A DNA stretch of 64,000 nucleotides from Marsupella aquatica. Taxonomy: Eukaryota > Plantae > Marchantiophyta. The stretch covers positions 17,038,754-17,102,753 of the forward strand of contig OZ316896.1 of NCBI GenBank assembly GCA_973895155.1. Direction: 5' to 3'. The notes beneath the pieces were generated by a model. It saw nothing but the letters and a program-made list of their open reading frames with translations. It was not told the origin of the DNA and made no database searches. The position numbers and the translations under genes were made by a program. Of this stretch, positions 52,649 to 64,000 are shown piece by piece. Position 1 is the stretch's first letter. Every line of letters begins with the position of its first letter.

Positions 52649-54222
52649 ATCAAGATTAAAGCGAGGTCCGAGGTGGTCTGGTTGGATGCTCTGACCAAGT
52701 CTGCTGCCATGGGTGAAAATGAGTTTCGAAAAGAAGCACAACTGGCTTTGAAGAATCTTGAGGTAGATAAGCGTTATGGCTTGAAATTTTGGCAGAAATA
52801 CCTTTAAGACTGGGCTCATGGAGACCAACTAGAGCAAAGGTATCCAACAATTTAAGTGGCATGGTTTTGCTATTTCAGAAGCGTGGAATTTCTCAGTCCG
52901 GAAGGATTGGTCTAAGGTCCAACTCCCGTGCAAGGTTGAACGCAAGATTGGATTTGTCAGTCATATGAAGGACAATTGTCCATATATAGTCACCGCAAAT
53001 GCTTGAAGATCCATGACCTGGGCTTACTGTTCACTTTTCTCAAACCTTCAGGTACTCGCGTTAGTCTCCCAAGCTTGAGAACGCCAAGACTGATTCAAGC
53101 ATCTGGTAGCAAGTAGCTAAATTTGTTCTGAACAAGGTTTATACAGGGAATGCTGGAGCACCAGGGTGTCTAGACAATTGTGCCTGTTTACCGATCAAGT
53201 AGACCCAGAATTGATGGATACATCAGACACATCAGATTCAGATTACCCCATGTTGGTGCCGCACCTTGTTAAATGTCGCCTCTCGCATTGCTCGTACACC
53301 ACACGCCCAGCTACCTATATGTGTGATGAAGTTCCTTGCTCAGAAAGTCCTTGCTTCTTTGGCTAAACCGGCTGGTTGCTTAGACTTTTCCGCTCAAGTG
53401 CTCCTCGTATTTTCTCCTTTCACTGGCAAGCTCACTTTCCTGCTTGTCCTGTCTGTAACTTCCCCGATTTGGCATTCCGTAGAATTGGAAATTCATTCAC
53501 TCTCGGTTGTCCATTGCTGACAGCCATGTCAGAAGTTTGAAAGGATACTCAGGAGAATGTCACAAAGCTCACATGGTGCACGATTCTGTCGGCCTCAAAA
53601 GGTCAGTACGTTTTCTGTTAGTACTTTGCAGAACTCTGTGTCTTATTTTTTGGGTGGTAATTTACCTTCCATGGATCAATGTTGGGTTTGCCATTCAACG
53701 GATCTTGATCGTTTTGATCATATTCTAGTTCTTATAATTCATCATCTGTCATTGATCTGAAGGACTTCACAAACCCACAGACTAGTTATATTTGTATGCT
53801 CTAGCTGATGTGAATGATCTATTGGATGTGGTGGTTGCCAGTCAGACAATGTTGAGCTTACAACAGGATTTAGTATTTTCTGATGGGGACTCAACCTTAA
53901 TTATGTAACGCTGCCAAAGGAACAAAAAAGTACAATAAGCTTGAATATATCAGAGTGCCAAAGAACAAAAGCTCCAAACGTAGATACCTTAAAAATATAT
54001 ATATTTCCTGCCAAAGAACAAACAACTCCAAAGTTAGAGATAGGAAGTGAAAAGCAGGGGTCCCAACAAGGGGGCAAAGGGAGGGAAAAAAGGGAGAAAA
54101 AAGCCCTGGGAAGACCACCAAGTGAATTCAAAAACCATCCATTATTACATGAGATCTAAGGCGCTACTCAACTGTAAACTGAAAAGCCCATGTCTTCCCC
54201 CAATTCCATTTCCGATCACAAT

Positions 54223-54515
54223 GCCATGGGACATGACCTTGTGTCCAGGGAAGACGGTAGTAGAGCTCTAGAGTAAAGTAACATAGGAGGGTCACAAAGA
54301 GTTTTGAACCCACATGGGACATGACCTTGTGTCCAGGGAAGATGGTAGTAGATCTCTAGAGTAAAGTAACATAAGAGGGTCACAAGGAGTTATGAACCCA
54401 CGACCTCTACCTTCCCAGCTCAGCGGACATGACCTTGTGTCTAGTGAAGATGGTAGTAGAGCTCTAAAGTACAGTAACATACATAGGAGGGTTGCAAAGA
54501 GTTTTGAACTCATGA
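54223..54515. repeat. ~90-110-bp tandem repeat x3
   Basis: ggacatgaccttgtgtc...ggtagtagagctcta...agtaacat...ggagggt occurs three times. Confidence 0.85.
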
Positions 54516-54940
54516 CCTCCACCTACCCAACTCAGCTCGAAACTCAGCTCGAGTCCTGCTATGCAATTAGTATCCATTTTTGGTATTTATTTATTTTAAT
54601 AGTAAACGTCCCGTCCTATTAGTATCCATTTTTGGTATTTATTTATTTTAATAGTATACGTCCGGTCCGGGCAGCATCACGCAGGCAGCAGGTATGGAGA
54701 GTCATTAAGACTCTCCAGGGACCCTTAGCCCTGAATGAATAACTAAAGCAGGCTCAACACACATCCACCATTTAAAAGCAGGCTCAACAGACACCCACCA
54801 TCAAAAGAAGGCACTTGAGGGACAGGAACTCAGGAAACTGTCAACCATAGCGTGTACTGTAGAGCCCAATCTTAAAAAGTAGTAAGCAATACGTTGGGTG
54901 TGCACATAAGCACGTCAATACCTCTCAAGAGTGAGAGAGA

Positions 54941-55687
54941 CTATGAAGAAGGTCCAGGTGCAGGAGAATGAGGAGAGGCAATAGGTGTGTAGTTGGGCGT
55001 GCTAGTGTCGATGGGTATGAGAAGAGTGCTTGCCGAATCAATACCCGATCCTCCCAAAGTATTGGCGTTGATGACGGAGTCTTCAGGCACTCCAAAGCTT
55101 TGGGCAATACTATACAATATATCCCCAGGCGCTATGGGATAAGTGACTAGATTCTGCACAGTAGCATTGTGCTGGGCAGCACTCGGGCATGCGCAACGCA
55201 AAGGGACGATAATGGGCAAGCCAACGACCAGATAGTTGGAGTCCACTGTAGGATTCGCATCGATCATTGCTTGGGTGGTGCTCAAATACTCGAAAGTGTT
55301 CTCACTCAGGTCGTAGAAAGTGTCCCCGCTCCCTATGATGTAAGTCAAATTGGCGTAAGACGTCTGATTGAAGCAGATGCAGATGAGAGGTATTATCAGG
55401 GGTTGCCCACTCGTCAACGAGCTGTTCGCCGACAATTTGTTCAGAGTGGCCAGCTCCTGTGGATCAGTGTTAAAGAGCGATCCTATGGAAATAATGTCGC
55501 TGTAGCCCGTCCGAGCTCTGTAGAGTGCAAATGCACCACACTTGTTCGTTCCCAAATCTGAGCACAAGTAAGTGGTGCCACGGTAAGCCTGCTGGGCACT
55601 GGTCCTGTGATCTTCGAGTCCTATCACCAAAATCAGAAGAACAAGTAGGAAATGACGGCAGAGACTCCTAACGTCGGACTTTTCCAT
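54941..55687 (-). CDS. Secreted LysM-domain protein (LYK4/5/LYR-type ectodomain only, no TM or kinase)
   Basis: 248-aa single-exon ORF: signal peptide, YLCS...CGAFALYRA, and three LysM-like modules separated by CIC and CAC motifs (YIIGSGDTFYDLS, TYPIAPGDILYSIAQSFGV). It ends in a Pro/Ser linker followed by a stop. Confidence 0.88.
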   Translation of the reverse strand: MEKSDVRSLCRHFLLVLLILVIGLEDHRTSAQQAYRGTTYLCSDLGTNKCGAFALYRARTGYSDIISIGSLFNTDPQELATLNKLSANSSLTSGQPLIIPLICICFNQTSYANLTYIIGSGDTFYDLSENTFEYLSTTQAMIDANPTVDSNYLVVGLPIIVPLRCACPSAAQHNATVQNLVTYPIAPGDILYSIAQSFGVPEDSVINANTLGGSGIDSASTLLIPIDTSTPNYTPIASPHSPAPGPSS

Positions 55688-56746
55688 AGCTACAAGAGTC
55701 CCTGGGAAAGTCCTTCACAAGCACCCCCAAGAAAAATGCTTTAGGCGTAATTCTCTCACTACAAAGAGGCAATAATTTCCTGTCCACGGCGATGCTCCCT
55801 GATTGGACTCAAAACATCGTCCCCAAGCTGGATCACTAAGCAGTGCACACTCCCTGCTCCGTGTTATTCCGTCCTCTTCCGACTCACCACCAATAGCAGC
55901 ATCACGAGTCACTGCAGTTTCCAACGTCCTCACCAACACTGCTTCGTCCCGGCTATTTAACCTTCCGAACAGATCAAGACGGTCCCACCTTTCAGCAGAG
56001 ATGACGAACTCTGAAAGAACTCAACGACTTCCGCAAGATCTCGAAAGAGTCCGCTGGCCCTCCGGAGCATTCCTCTGACGAGAATCAGAACAGGACACAG
56101 CTCAAAGAAAGACCGAGGTCAGCGAGAGGAAATATCGATGGAGTTATTGTCGAAAATGAGTATGATTCCTTCTTTGCAGCAAAAAGGCTATGTCCCCTAC
56201 AAGAAGTCCCCGGGTTCTAGATAGGGAACCTCTTTTCCTGCTCCAATCCCAATCAGATGCTGTTTCCCTCCTTTTCCCCCACCTTTGCTTCAAGACCGAA
56301 GTAGGCAACGAAGGAAGGCAAGAGTAACCAAAGCAAGGATATCTATCACCCGCACTTCCGGACCAATGCGACGTTCTTACAGCTAACTCTCATAGAACTG
56401 ATCTTTCCTCGTCCTTCACATGAAATCACGCCCGTGCTTCCTGCTCCTATTCCACTCCAGTCAATTAAAAGTTGCTATCCCCCTTCTTTCCCCACCTTTG
56501 AGTCAACACTACAGCTGGCAAGGCAGCAATGCAAGAGTAAGCAAAGCAAGGGCATGAATGCAACGAACATAGAGCTAACACGCAGACGTCCTTCACGTAA
56601 AATCATGCCCTTAGCTTCCTGCTCCAATTCCAATCAGTTCCCGTTGCTGTTCCCCCTCTTTCTCCACCTTTGTGCCACACTACAGCACTGCAGTAGGGAA
56701 GGAACTAAGGATGTAAGGAAGGCAATGAGACTAACACCCACAGTTA

Positions 56747-57556
56747 CACGCGATTGCAACGCAACGCGCATAGAGAGAGCTAGCATGATCAGCAGCAGCC
56801 ACCTCACTCCCAGCAATCTACAAAGCATGAAGCTTCCAACTAGGAAATGAATCCCCCACGCGATTGCAACGCAACGCGCATAGAGAGAGCTAGCATGATC
56901 AGCAGCAGCCACCTCACTCCCAGCAATCTACAAAGCATGAAGCTTCCAACTAGGAAATGAATCCCCCAGTTTCCATTTTTCTACTATGCAAGTCTGCATA
57001 AAAGGGCGTACAAAAACCCTGAATGAGGTTAGTCCTCAAAAGGCGGACGTCAGCCACCCAAAGTTTTTTTTGCCTTGATTACCAAAGCTGACCCATTCAA
57101 CAGAGGATAGACTATTTTTTTGTGCCTTGAATACCAAAACTGACCCAGCCAGCCACCCAAAGTTTTTTTTGCCTTGAATACCAAAGCTCACCCATTCAAC
57201 AGAGGATAGACTATTTTTTTGTGCCTTGAATACCAAAACTGACCCATCCGACGATCAACTCAGGAGCATGCACCTCTCAGGAGGGTAGCCCACAAGGGGG
57301 GTCATAAGGAGCATGCACCTCTCAGGAGGGTAGCCCACAAGGGGGGTCATACCCAGTACCAGGAAGGAGAGAGGGTTGGACCAGAGCCCCAAAGCGGACT
57401 AGCTAAGGGGTTCAGCCACCTAACTTCATCCTCTGTGCCCTTGCTGGGATACGGTCTTTGCTAGTTGATAACCCCAAAGCGGACTAGCTAAGGGGTTCAG
57501 CCACCTAACTTCATCCTCTGTGCCCTTGCTGGGATACGGTCTTTGCTAGTTGATAA
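56747..57556. repeat. Four adjacent, mutually unrelated near-perfect tandem duplications (~110, ~99, ~45, ~85 bp)
   Basis: 56747-56968, 57051-57247, 57263-57351 and 57387-57556 are each a two-copy direct repeat. Confidence 0.9.
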
Positions 57557-58276
57557 GGAAGCTTGCGTGAGACTATTGGTAGCTTCCGTCCATTGTCTTG
57601 ACTTTTCTTGACTTTTCTTGTTTGCATTTACCATTTCCAAGTTCACTCTTTATTCTTGAGACTGAGTCAGCATGAGCACTTCAAACGTACCGGTTCTCCT
57701 TCTCTTGGGAGCGTTTCAATTATTGTCTTGTACCTAGAGAATTCTTCATTTGCGTTGGGCAAGGGGAGGAAAAGGGTCGAAGTTCCTGTCAAAATGGCTA
57801 CCTGAGATTCGTCGAGGGCATAAGCACTTCAAAGTTAGCTTGATCAATTCAAACGTTTCTTTCGTCAAGGGCTTGATGATATATCTCAGCTGCGATTTTT
57901 CTCTTCCCTTCCTAATTCCACCCCTTTGAGAATATAATACTCTTGAATGTGCAATCCATGATTATTGGTTATATCCCTGTGCCTATACATCACCTGCAAA
58001 AGCAATTGAGCTGTGGGACCAGCATCGTACAGAAATGGAACGACATGGAAAAATTCCTGATTCCGATCTGATTGCCAGGTGAAAATACTTGTGTAAAGGA
58101 ATGGAGGATCTGCAGGAGGCAGCGAGGAAACCACGTACAATTATGCCACAAAAGTGGGAAGATCTTAACATATTTGGCCACTGTTCAAACAGCTTGGAGC
58201 GGAGCAGGAAAACGAGGAACTAATGGACTTATTTTGTTAATGACTGAGTGGCCATGACCAACTACAAACTTTCTGG

Positions 58277-60178
58277 CTAGCTTGGGAGAGAAAGAAAGAA
58301 GATGTAAGAGGGTGACCCATCTTCATCCGGGTCACAGGTATCAGAAGCTTGAAATCTCGCAAATAACAGAGATGCCAAAGAGTGCATTAAGGAAGGAGAA
58401 TTGCCCTCGCTACCAGCAGCCGGTTGTTGGGCATTTGTCATCAGGAGCTCAAATGCATGCGAACCTGTTCTTCCCTTTAGTGAGGCTATGCTCGCACCTG
58501 TGAGTAAATACTTATCTGCAGGGTCCTTTGAACCGTCTTTATATATCAGCCACTTCACCATCATTTTCCCATCTTGAGTTGCTTTGAGGGCCTCAATGGC
58601 TGTCTTCGATATACCAAATCCTTTGAGCAGAAAGATAGAAATTTCCTTCGAAACCACGACAGCTTTCACCAGCTTCACCGACAAACCAAGCCCACCAGCT
58701 GCCCCTTTCAAGGCTGCGAACCCTTGTCCAACCAGGCCAATCATCCCCCCACCTTTCAATCCTAGTACAGCTTCAAAAACCTTTAGAATACCATTTGTCA
58801 AATCATAGCTCTTGCTCACTAAATCCCAATTAGTAAGCCCACCTTGGAGATTGCCTCCCAGTCCAGCCCCAAACTCCTTCGTCAATCTTACCAGAGTGAG
58901 AGCCCCATCGGACGCCTTCAGACCCTTCAAAAGTGTCTCTCTTCTAGCTTTACCTGCAGCTGCATTGATGTCAGCTTTACTGAACATTCCAATATGGGTT
59001 CTAGTAGATTTCCACACACTAGCAAAGTCTTTGGAGATCTTCCCCGCTTTCACAATCATCCTGGCTGTTTCAAATCCTAAGACTACGCCATTGGCAGCTC
59101 CAAATCCTATGAGAACGCCACCAGCAGGAGCCTGGAACTTTTGGATCACACCGGTGGCAGTCTTCACCCCGCTCACAACACCAGTGGCCATCTTCACGCT
59201 CTTCATAAATCCCTTCATTGGTTTCAGTTGATTTGAAATGCTATCGACCGCTCCTAGTCCTGTCCCTGCAAGCGTTCTGTTTGTCATTCCGTCACTGAGC
59301 TTACTCGAAAGGGCGCCATCTGCCGGTATTCTGGATTCTCCAATTGCTATCCCACTAGCGGCACTACTGCCTTCTCGAAGGAAGGATCCGTTTACCCCTT
59401 CAGCAGGGGTTAGTGAGCCTGTTGTTGTTGGACTGCCAGATATGTTCATATCTCCAAATTTGGTGCCATCTCCGCTCCCACGTGGAGTCCCGTTGGCCCC
59501 AGCATTCTCTGCAGTGGCTCCATTCCCACCTGGAGTCCCTTCGATTCCGTTGCTCTCAACCCTGCCAGTAGTTGCTGCTCCTGTCCTGGCTTGAGGTCCT
59601 TTAATCCCTTTTCCCTCAGCATTGCCCGTAAGTGCTCCATTGCCACCTTCAGACCATTTGCTCCCTCTGCATTCACGACTGTTGCCTGATGTTCCTCCAC
59701 TCCATGCCCCCTTTCCTTCCAGATTTCCTTCTCCTCCTCTGATGTTGCCGACGTTATCTCCTGTACACCTGGCTCGTCGTCCAGCTCCTATTCCTCTGCC
59801 ATTTCTGACCCCACCTCCACCACTTCTTCCTCCTAAGGACTTTCCCAAACTTAATCTACAACTACTAGTAGGAGTTCCGATTCTCCCTACTTTTCCACCA
59901 CCACTACCAGGCCCCCACCTACTACTATTACTACACCTCCCACCGGCAGTTCCATCGCCAAACATGCCTCCATCGTCCCGGGAAAAATCCATGTCTTTCA
60001 AGGCTCGGGTGGTGGATCTGAAACCCTTCATCATCATATAGCTGAATTGCAATCTCCTAAGCACGTTGAGAGCCAAGCCCTCGAATCCCATGATTCCTTT
60101 CTCTGCTGCTGGTTCGGGCCCGGGAGCAAAGAAGAAGCTGCCACCCATCCCATTTGGGGGATTGCCGAGGAGCCCCAT
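58277..60178 (-). CDS. Hypothetical protein: Gly-rich disordered N-half, Gly/Ala-rich amphipathic/hydrophobic C-half
   Basis: Uninterrupted ~1.9-kb ORF (track 58277-60211). The in-register plus-strand frame is broken by several stops. The start codon is uncertain (several ATGs from 60178 downward). No family recognised. Confidence 0.6.
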   Translation of the reverse strand: MGLLGNPPNGMGGSFFFAPGPEPAAEKGIMGFEGLALNVLRRLQFSYMMMKGFRSTTRALKDMDFSRDDGGMFGDGTAGGRCSNSSRWGPGSGGGKVGRIGTPTSSCRLSLGKSLGGRSGGGGVRNGRGIGAGRRARCTGDNVGNIRGGEGNLEGKGAWSGGTSGNSRECRGSKWSEGGNGALTGNAEGKGIKGPQARTGAATTGRVESNGIEGTPGGNGATAENAGANGTPRGSGDGTKFGDMNISGSPTTTGSLTPAEGVNGSFLREGSSAASGIAIGESRIPADGALSSKLSDGMTNRTLAGTGLGAVDSISNQLKPMKGFMKSVKMATGVVSGVKTATGVIQKFQAPAGGVLIGFGAANGVVLGFETARMIVKAGKISKDFASVWKSTRTHIGMFSKADINAAAGKARRETLLKGLKASDGALTLVRLTKEFGAGLGGNLQGGLTNWDLVSKSYDLTNGILKVFEAVLGLKGGGMIGLVGQGFAALKGAAGGLGLSVKLVKAVVVSKEISIFLLKGFGISKTAIEALKATQDGKMMVKWLIYKDGSKDPADKYLLTGASIASLKGRTGSHAFELLMTNAQQPAAGSEGNSPSLMHSLASLLFARFQASDTCDPDEDGSPSYIFFLSLPS

Positions 60179-60960
60179 CAACGAATGACAGGACCACTTT
60201 GACACGAGCACTGAATTACTGCTGACGCTGCCTGCGGAGAACAGAGCGATGATTAATCAATCGCCTCGACGATTCTGTACGTAGACCACCAGCCAAGAAA
60301 TGTACTGCCTTCCCTCTCTCTCTCTCTCTAGTGCAGAAGTAGGAGATTGGCGAAACCCTCTGGTACAGTATGTCAGCGACTGGCGGCACCAGCCCAGCCC
60401 TGAAACATTACGGTAGAATCCCGGGTTTTGCTTGGAATTTATGACAGTCGCATGTGCTGGGCTTCTAATACTCGGAGTTGCGTCTGAACTCCTTCAATTC
60501 GATTCCCTCGCATATAGGAGCGAATTGCTCTTTTTGGCCTCTTCAACTGTCTGTTTGTTTTGTGAGTTTGAGGGTCAAACCGCTTCCTCTTCAGTTCCCG
60601 TTGCTTCCGCCATCTCTCTCTCTTATCTGGTCTCTGCTCTTTCGACTGGATGGATCCGAAAATCTCGCAGTGACAGATTGCAGCTCCCAATAGCCAACTC
60701 GTGTTTCTTCGTTTCGCTAACTAGACTGTGCGATCGATAACTGGGGAGGAGTGTCTGTGACAGAGTGTTCCCGTTCTGTGACGGAGATTTGCTGCTCTTG
60801 GGAGTTTTTTTCTGGAGCTGGGCGATCCGATCGAGGTGCAGAGGGGTCTCGGGAGCAGCATCGAGTTAAAGGGTTTAGTCCATGAAAATTGTTTGGAGCT
60901 AGTAGTCTCAAGCAGGGATTAGGATAGCAACAGCAGGAGCAGCAACGAGAGGTGTCCGAG

Positions 60961-61116
60961 ATGGCGTCCTCGTACGCTATACAGGATTTTGTGGGCAACG
61001 GAGTTCTCAAAGACGTGGTAGACAAGCTTGAAGGTGATGGCTGGGACGATGTACCCACTTTGAAGATGATTAACGCTACGGATATGGAGGCGCTGCAACT
61101 GACGGACGAGCAACGA
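60961..61116 (+). CDS. First exon of a plant SAM-like plus cyclophilin-like domain protein; remaining exons not identified in window
   Basis: MASSYAIQDFVGNGVLKDVVDKLEGDGWDDVPTLKMINATDMEALQLTDEQR followed by a GTATGT donor. It resembles the DFVGNGVL...GWDDVPTLK N-terminus of a conserved plant family (from memory). Confidence 0.7.
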
Positions 61117-62022
61117 GTATGTATTCTCTTCTCTTGTCAGGGAGTCCTCTCAGCGTTATTCCTGGCATGGGTTTTGCGTGTAGCATGGGAAATTTCTGCA
61201 GCTCGGTCGTGTCCATGCGAAAGAAAGATTTTGTGAGAGAGATGTTAGAGCCCACTGGCAATCTTAAGGTCTCGGGATTGGGTTGGTCATCGTCTCTGCA
61301 TAAGTTGTAGCCGAGGAGGCAGGTCAGATCATATGTGACTAGTGCAACGTCTCTCCAAACCCCTCGAGGAAATTCTTCTAAAACCTTTCTTCATTCTCTG
61401 AAAGCCCAATTTCTTTCTGTTCCGAATTCTTCTCAATCCCAGGCACAGCTCATGACGGCCAATCGAAGTTGAGAGAGAGAACGAAAAAATAGATGTAAAT
61501 TGAAAGAGAGATTCCAAGTACCTGCTTGGTTGGGCCAGCAGACGTCCTAGGAGCTTAGTCGCCCAAACTTGCAGAAGGCACGGTATGATGACATCCAGAT
61601 TCTCACTCACTTGGAACCGAGCAAAGTCACCTGGGTGTGTTACTCATACGTTGCGAAGGCCCATGTAATCCAGTCGTCTCTGTAATTGTCACCAGGAACT
61701 TTGGACACAGCCTACGTTTGAAAATTACAATCTCATGCGGTGCTCTATGACCTTTGGGGGTTGTGGATGTTCGGAATTTGATACTGGCAGCCTAATAAGA
61801 TCAAATCCTACGGACCAAGCGAACAGTTACTCAGTTTTGTTCCCCCCTTCTACTTCTCAATTGCTCGGCGGCCAGATTCTGTTCCCAACGTAACGTTCCT
61901 CGGAGACGAGATTCTCTGATTCAAACTTCATATTTCATGCCATGTGTCTCCGGAGAAGCTTGAGATAGCCAGAGCCGTGTTAGAATATCTATGACGTCTC
62001 AATCAGTAAATGGAAAGGCGAC

Positions 62023-62230
62023 CAGCCAGTGCTGCAGCTGCGAGGGTGCCCAGCGTCCGATTGATGCCCTTGCTTAGGGTGAGCCCAACGTTCGCCTCGA
62101 GGACCACATCGGCCGTGACCACGGCCCACATCCCGTTCTTGTTGAGGACGCTCAAGGGATGAAACAGAGGATGGAGCATATCGACGCCGAGAGGCCCACC
62201 TTGGCCGGGAGGTTGAAGGAACCCAGCCGA
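62023..62230 (-). pseudogene. ALMT (aluminium-activated malate transporter)-like fragment with frameshift
   Basis: NGMWAVVTADVVLEANVGLTLSKGINRTLGTLAAAALA matches the ALMT pattern WAVxTVVVVxE..VGATLxKGxNRxxGT. The upstream AKVGLSASICSILCFIP (ALMT KVGLAL-like) is in another frame, shifting at ~62155. A possible next exon lies near 61470-61568. Confidence 0.7.
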
Positions 62231-63845
62231 ACTAAGTACCGTACACTGATGTGAAACTTCGCAAAATTGAGAGACTGAGAATGGCATGCCATGCCATGTC
62301 AGTAATATGTATCTACGCAAAATCGATTGGCAATAGGGGTTTTCGTGTCTAAGCCCAAAACTGCTCTCCCCCTATATCTTGCCTGCTGCAAAATCGGTTC
62401 ACGGAACCTATAATTTACCCACAGAAACGGAAATCACATCCAAACCCTTCTACCTTTCTATCTACCCGTTCCCCAGCTGCAAAAACCAATCTCCACCCGA
62501 CCGAATCGCTCTCGTGTGCGCCCAGGGACAGCTATCAGCCCAGAACCGGGGCCCTACGAACATCATTCTCGGCACAAAGAGAAGTGGGAGCAATTTGTAT
62601 TGCATGCAATGCGCCACAACAGCTGCTACAGAAGAGAGGCATCGCAGACACTCACCAATGATGACTCCAAATACGAAAGTGCCCAAAGTTTTGTACTTCC
62701 CACCAGTGATCAATCACACAAATTCATCCCATCCCGCAGCACAAATCCGTGTCTGCCCACAATCCACTCTCTTGCCCTCTTCCAAATTAGATCGAGAGCA
62801 ATTTGCAACGATCTCTGACTGCTCCAGCCTCATCAGGGAACAATCAACGAGGCAAATCAGCTCAAGACTTCCCCATTCTTGTGAATAAAAAGTACTCAAC
62901 TTTTAGCAAACCTGCTCCTCAAGAAAGGGTAAAGTATTGGTGGACGAGGGCTCTAATCAATGAGTGGATCTTCAGGCTGAGAGTCTACAGTCTGAGCATT
63001 GTGCGAAGGCAAGTTTCCTCAATGCCGATGAGTTTGGCAGTACTCACAAAAGAAGACCTTCAAAATCCCAAGTGCCACTCTAGAAACTCTAGAAACTTCG
63101 TGTGCAGCTGGAAATGCGAGTGGTGTGAGCGGATATTCTAGAACGCCGTTAGAGCTCAAATTCCTCACTGCAGTCCTGTACTCTGTATATATAGCTGTCT
63201 AATAAAATGGGATCCAAGGCATATACGTATCTAATGAACAATGATAAGGGCTCTATACCATGACTCTTGGGCTTAGCAATAGTTGGGGTGGAGCTGGAAA
63301 TGGGCTCACCACTCATTTATGTGCATTGGGGCTAATTATTTATGCTCAACCCATAGTCTTCAATAATAAGCTTGCAATTTACTTAATGGGACCCCATATA
63401 CAATCGGGCATTCAGGCAGGCATTTTTAAGATTTGCTCGTCCCATAGTCCCTTTTGAAAATAGCCTTGATATTCACTTAGTGGGACCTGAAATAGAATGG
63501 ACATTCAGTATTTCCTAATTGTCTCTTTCCATCTTCCCCTCTTTCTAAAATAGGCTTGCAATTTAGGTAGTGGTACCCAAATAGAATCCCCCTCCCCCCC
63601 CCCCTAACAAGACCCCATAAGTCCTGAATCTATTAGTGAGACCCAAAAATAGTGGTTAACTCCTGCTTGAAGAGGGCTTCTTATTTACAGTGAGGGTGGC
63701 TTGCGAAACAGGGGGAGGGGTGGATTGGGAGTTAAAGTTGCAAATGTGGGATCACCTGTGTTTTTTTATGGGAGTGTGCTTGAGTGAACATGGGAGCAAG
63801 TAGGGAGCACAAGATTGCAATTGCCAATCACATTAATTGACTACC

Positions 63846-64000
63846 TGTTGAGCATAGACGACATTCGCAATGGCAAGCCCATGAACCATCCAACACACAA
63901 GAGTCGACATAGAGAGATACGTGGTTCACCTCCACATGAGGCTACGTCCATGGGAACACACAAGAGCTTTATTGCACTCTAGGCCGACCGGCCATGCCAA
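63846..64000 (+). mobile_element. LTR of the same family, truncated by the window edge
   Basis: tgttgagcatagacgacattc...gtggttcacctccacatgag...ctacgtcca is nearly identical to the start of 40363. Confidence 0.85.

Noticed and set aside
58584-60041. Pro-rich, extensin-like plus-strand ORFs
   Set aside because: Antisense shadow of the Gly-rich minus-strand ORF, broken by several stops.

Overview
Eukaryotic, intron-rich land-plant genomic DNA. The gene families suggest a bryophyte, possibly a liverwort (inference). Left to right: (1) a 9-exon acid/triacylglycerol lipase gene (+, 5.0-10.1 kb). (2) An inverted, circularly permuted, decayed copy of the next two genes, in which CASP exons are fused in frame to DXO1 (-, ~11.5-17.7 kb). 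(3) Intact DXO1 decapping nuclease (+, 22.6-26.7 kb). (4) Intact golgin CASP (+, 29.3-36.6 kb). (5) An NLR/STAND-like gene: alpha/beta-hydrolase, then NB-ARC-like domain, then armadillo repeats (+, 45.2-52.6 kb). Its sensor region is 11 near-identical 264-bp units that differ only by reshuffled non-synonymous changes; it has two lesions in this sequence. (6) A convergent LysM-ectodomain-only gene. (7) An unknown ~600-aa Gly-rich ORF. (8) Exon 1 of a SAM-like/cyclophilin-like gene. (9) An ALMT-like pseudogene fragment. There are also four related LTR copies (three solo LTRs with 5-bp TSDs, one cut by the window edge) and many tandem duplications. The best candidate for a novel system is the hydrolase-NB-ARC-hypervariable-ARM receptor. 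All exon models and family calls were read by eye, without database searches.
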